Shown here: one piece after another, positions 63,658-64,000 of the stretch
How positions within the stretch are numbered: position 1 is the first letter of the stretch
Layout of the letters: each line of letters opens with the position of its first letter
Assembly (NCBI GenBank): GCA_020847095.1
Contig: JADLCR010000058.1
Coordinates: 3,778 to 67,777 of the forward strand
Direction: 5' to 3'
Origin: Oligoflexia bacterium
GTDB lineage: Bacteria > Bdellovibrionota > Bdellovibrionia > JABDDW01
Length of the DNA: 64,000 bases
Notes under the pieces: model-generated
Databases searched by the model: none
Told to the model about the DNA's origin: nothing
What the model saw: the letters and a program-made list of their open reading frames with translations, nothing else
Made by a program: the position numbers and the translations under genes

Positions 63658-63841
63658 ATTTTGGCTCCTTTTTGTAGTACTTTTGAATACTTGAATCCCC
63701 GGGCTTGGTATCTAATGAGGGAGCCCAAAATCTGTCAACTTATACCTGTCAACGAACTGTGCAACCGCCTATCCCGCAGCGTCATAGTCCGTGTTTTGGG
63801 TGGGACGGAATCGCTTCATAAGCAATATATTCGCGCTGAAC

Positions 63842-63857
63842 TGGTCCTCGCCTTGCT
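63842..63857 (+). promoter_or_regulatory. Sigma54 promoter candidate TGGTCC-N5-TTGCT
   Basis: GG-N10-GC with a perfect -12 box, 28 nt before ATG 63886. Confidence 0.45.
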
Positions 63858-63885
63858 CACATAAAAGGCTTGAGGAGAGAGTTCA

Positions 63886-64000
63886 ATGATTTGGAAGTCT
63901 TTAATCTTTGCAGTCGCCATAACAATAACCGCGCCCGCCTTTGCTGTTTCAGAGTTGGATGCTGAAATTCAGGATCTCGAACTGAGTCTGAGGCCGATTA
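63886..64000 (+). CDS. Secreted protein, N-terminal fragment (runs off the window)
   Basis: RBS GAGGAG, manual translation MIWKSLIFAVAITITAPAFA-VSELDAEIQDLELSLRPI. Confidence 0.75.
   Translation, partial: MIWKSLIFAVAITITAPAFAVSELDAEIQDLELSLRPI

Noticed and set aside
1-64000. Mobile elements, prophage, tRNA/rRNA, and the remaining short ORFs in the six-frame track
   Set aside because: No transposase, integrase, phage structural motif, terminal inverted repeat with target duplication or tRNA arm pattern was seen. The other short ORFs overlap well-supported genes on the opposite strand or in another frame.

Overview
A gene-dense 64 kb bacterial chromosomal segment. I found no rRNA, tRNA, CRISPR array, transposase, integrase or prophage. 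Gene content suggests a Bdellovibrionota-like (possibly predatory) organism: many orphan Sec-secreted Cys-containing proteins, several zinc proteases, DUF4421/DUF3187-type outer-membrane proteins, a NirK-cytochrome c fusion and sigma54-type promoters. This taxonomy is inference, not shown. Recognisable blocks: (1) 1-9956, a surface-glycan cluster (GT2, AlgD-like nucleotide-sugar dehydrogenase, two methyltransferases, YfhO-like membrane protein, divergent Gfo/Idh/MocA + TIM-barrel-like + heparinase-like trio); (2) 10-26 kb, secreted orphans, a cyclic-nucleotide-gated K+ channel, three HExxH metalloproteases and a TPR-winged-helix regulator; (3) nirK-cyt c / nirV-like / SCO; (4) a sphingomyelinase-like EEP hydrolase divergent from a tyrosine-decarboxylase-like PLP enzyme; (5) 34.3-42.1 kb, a tightly coupled six-gene operon of unknown exported proteins behind a near-consensus sigma54 promoter; (6) msrB-msrA fusion, DoxX, FAD monooxygenase, XRE regulator, pseudo-receiver; (7) an unknown / left-handed beta-helix / membrane cyclase trio, MscS, DDAH-family enzyme, pirin, TlpA, a (Ser-Pro)14 lipoprotein; (8) xylFGH. 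The best candidates for undescribed biology are the six-gene secreted operon (possible multi-component pore-forming or polymorphic toxin system), a secreted HExxH peptidase with five synonymous-only KPGRDGA repeats coupled to a TPR-wHTH regulator, and a recurrent intergenic palindrome YTRGAC-N4-GTCYAR. All family assignments come from motif recognition by eye; no searches were run.
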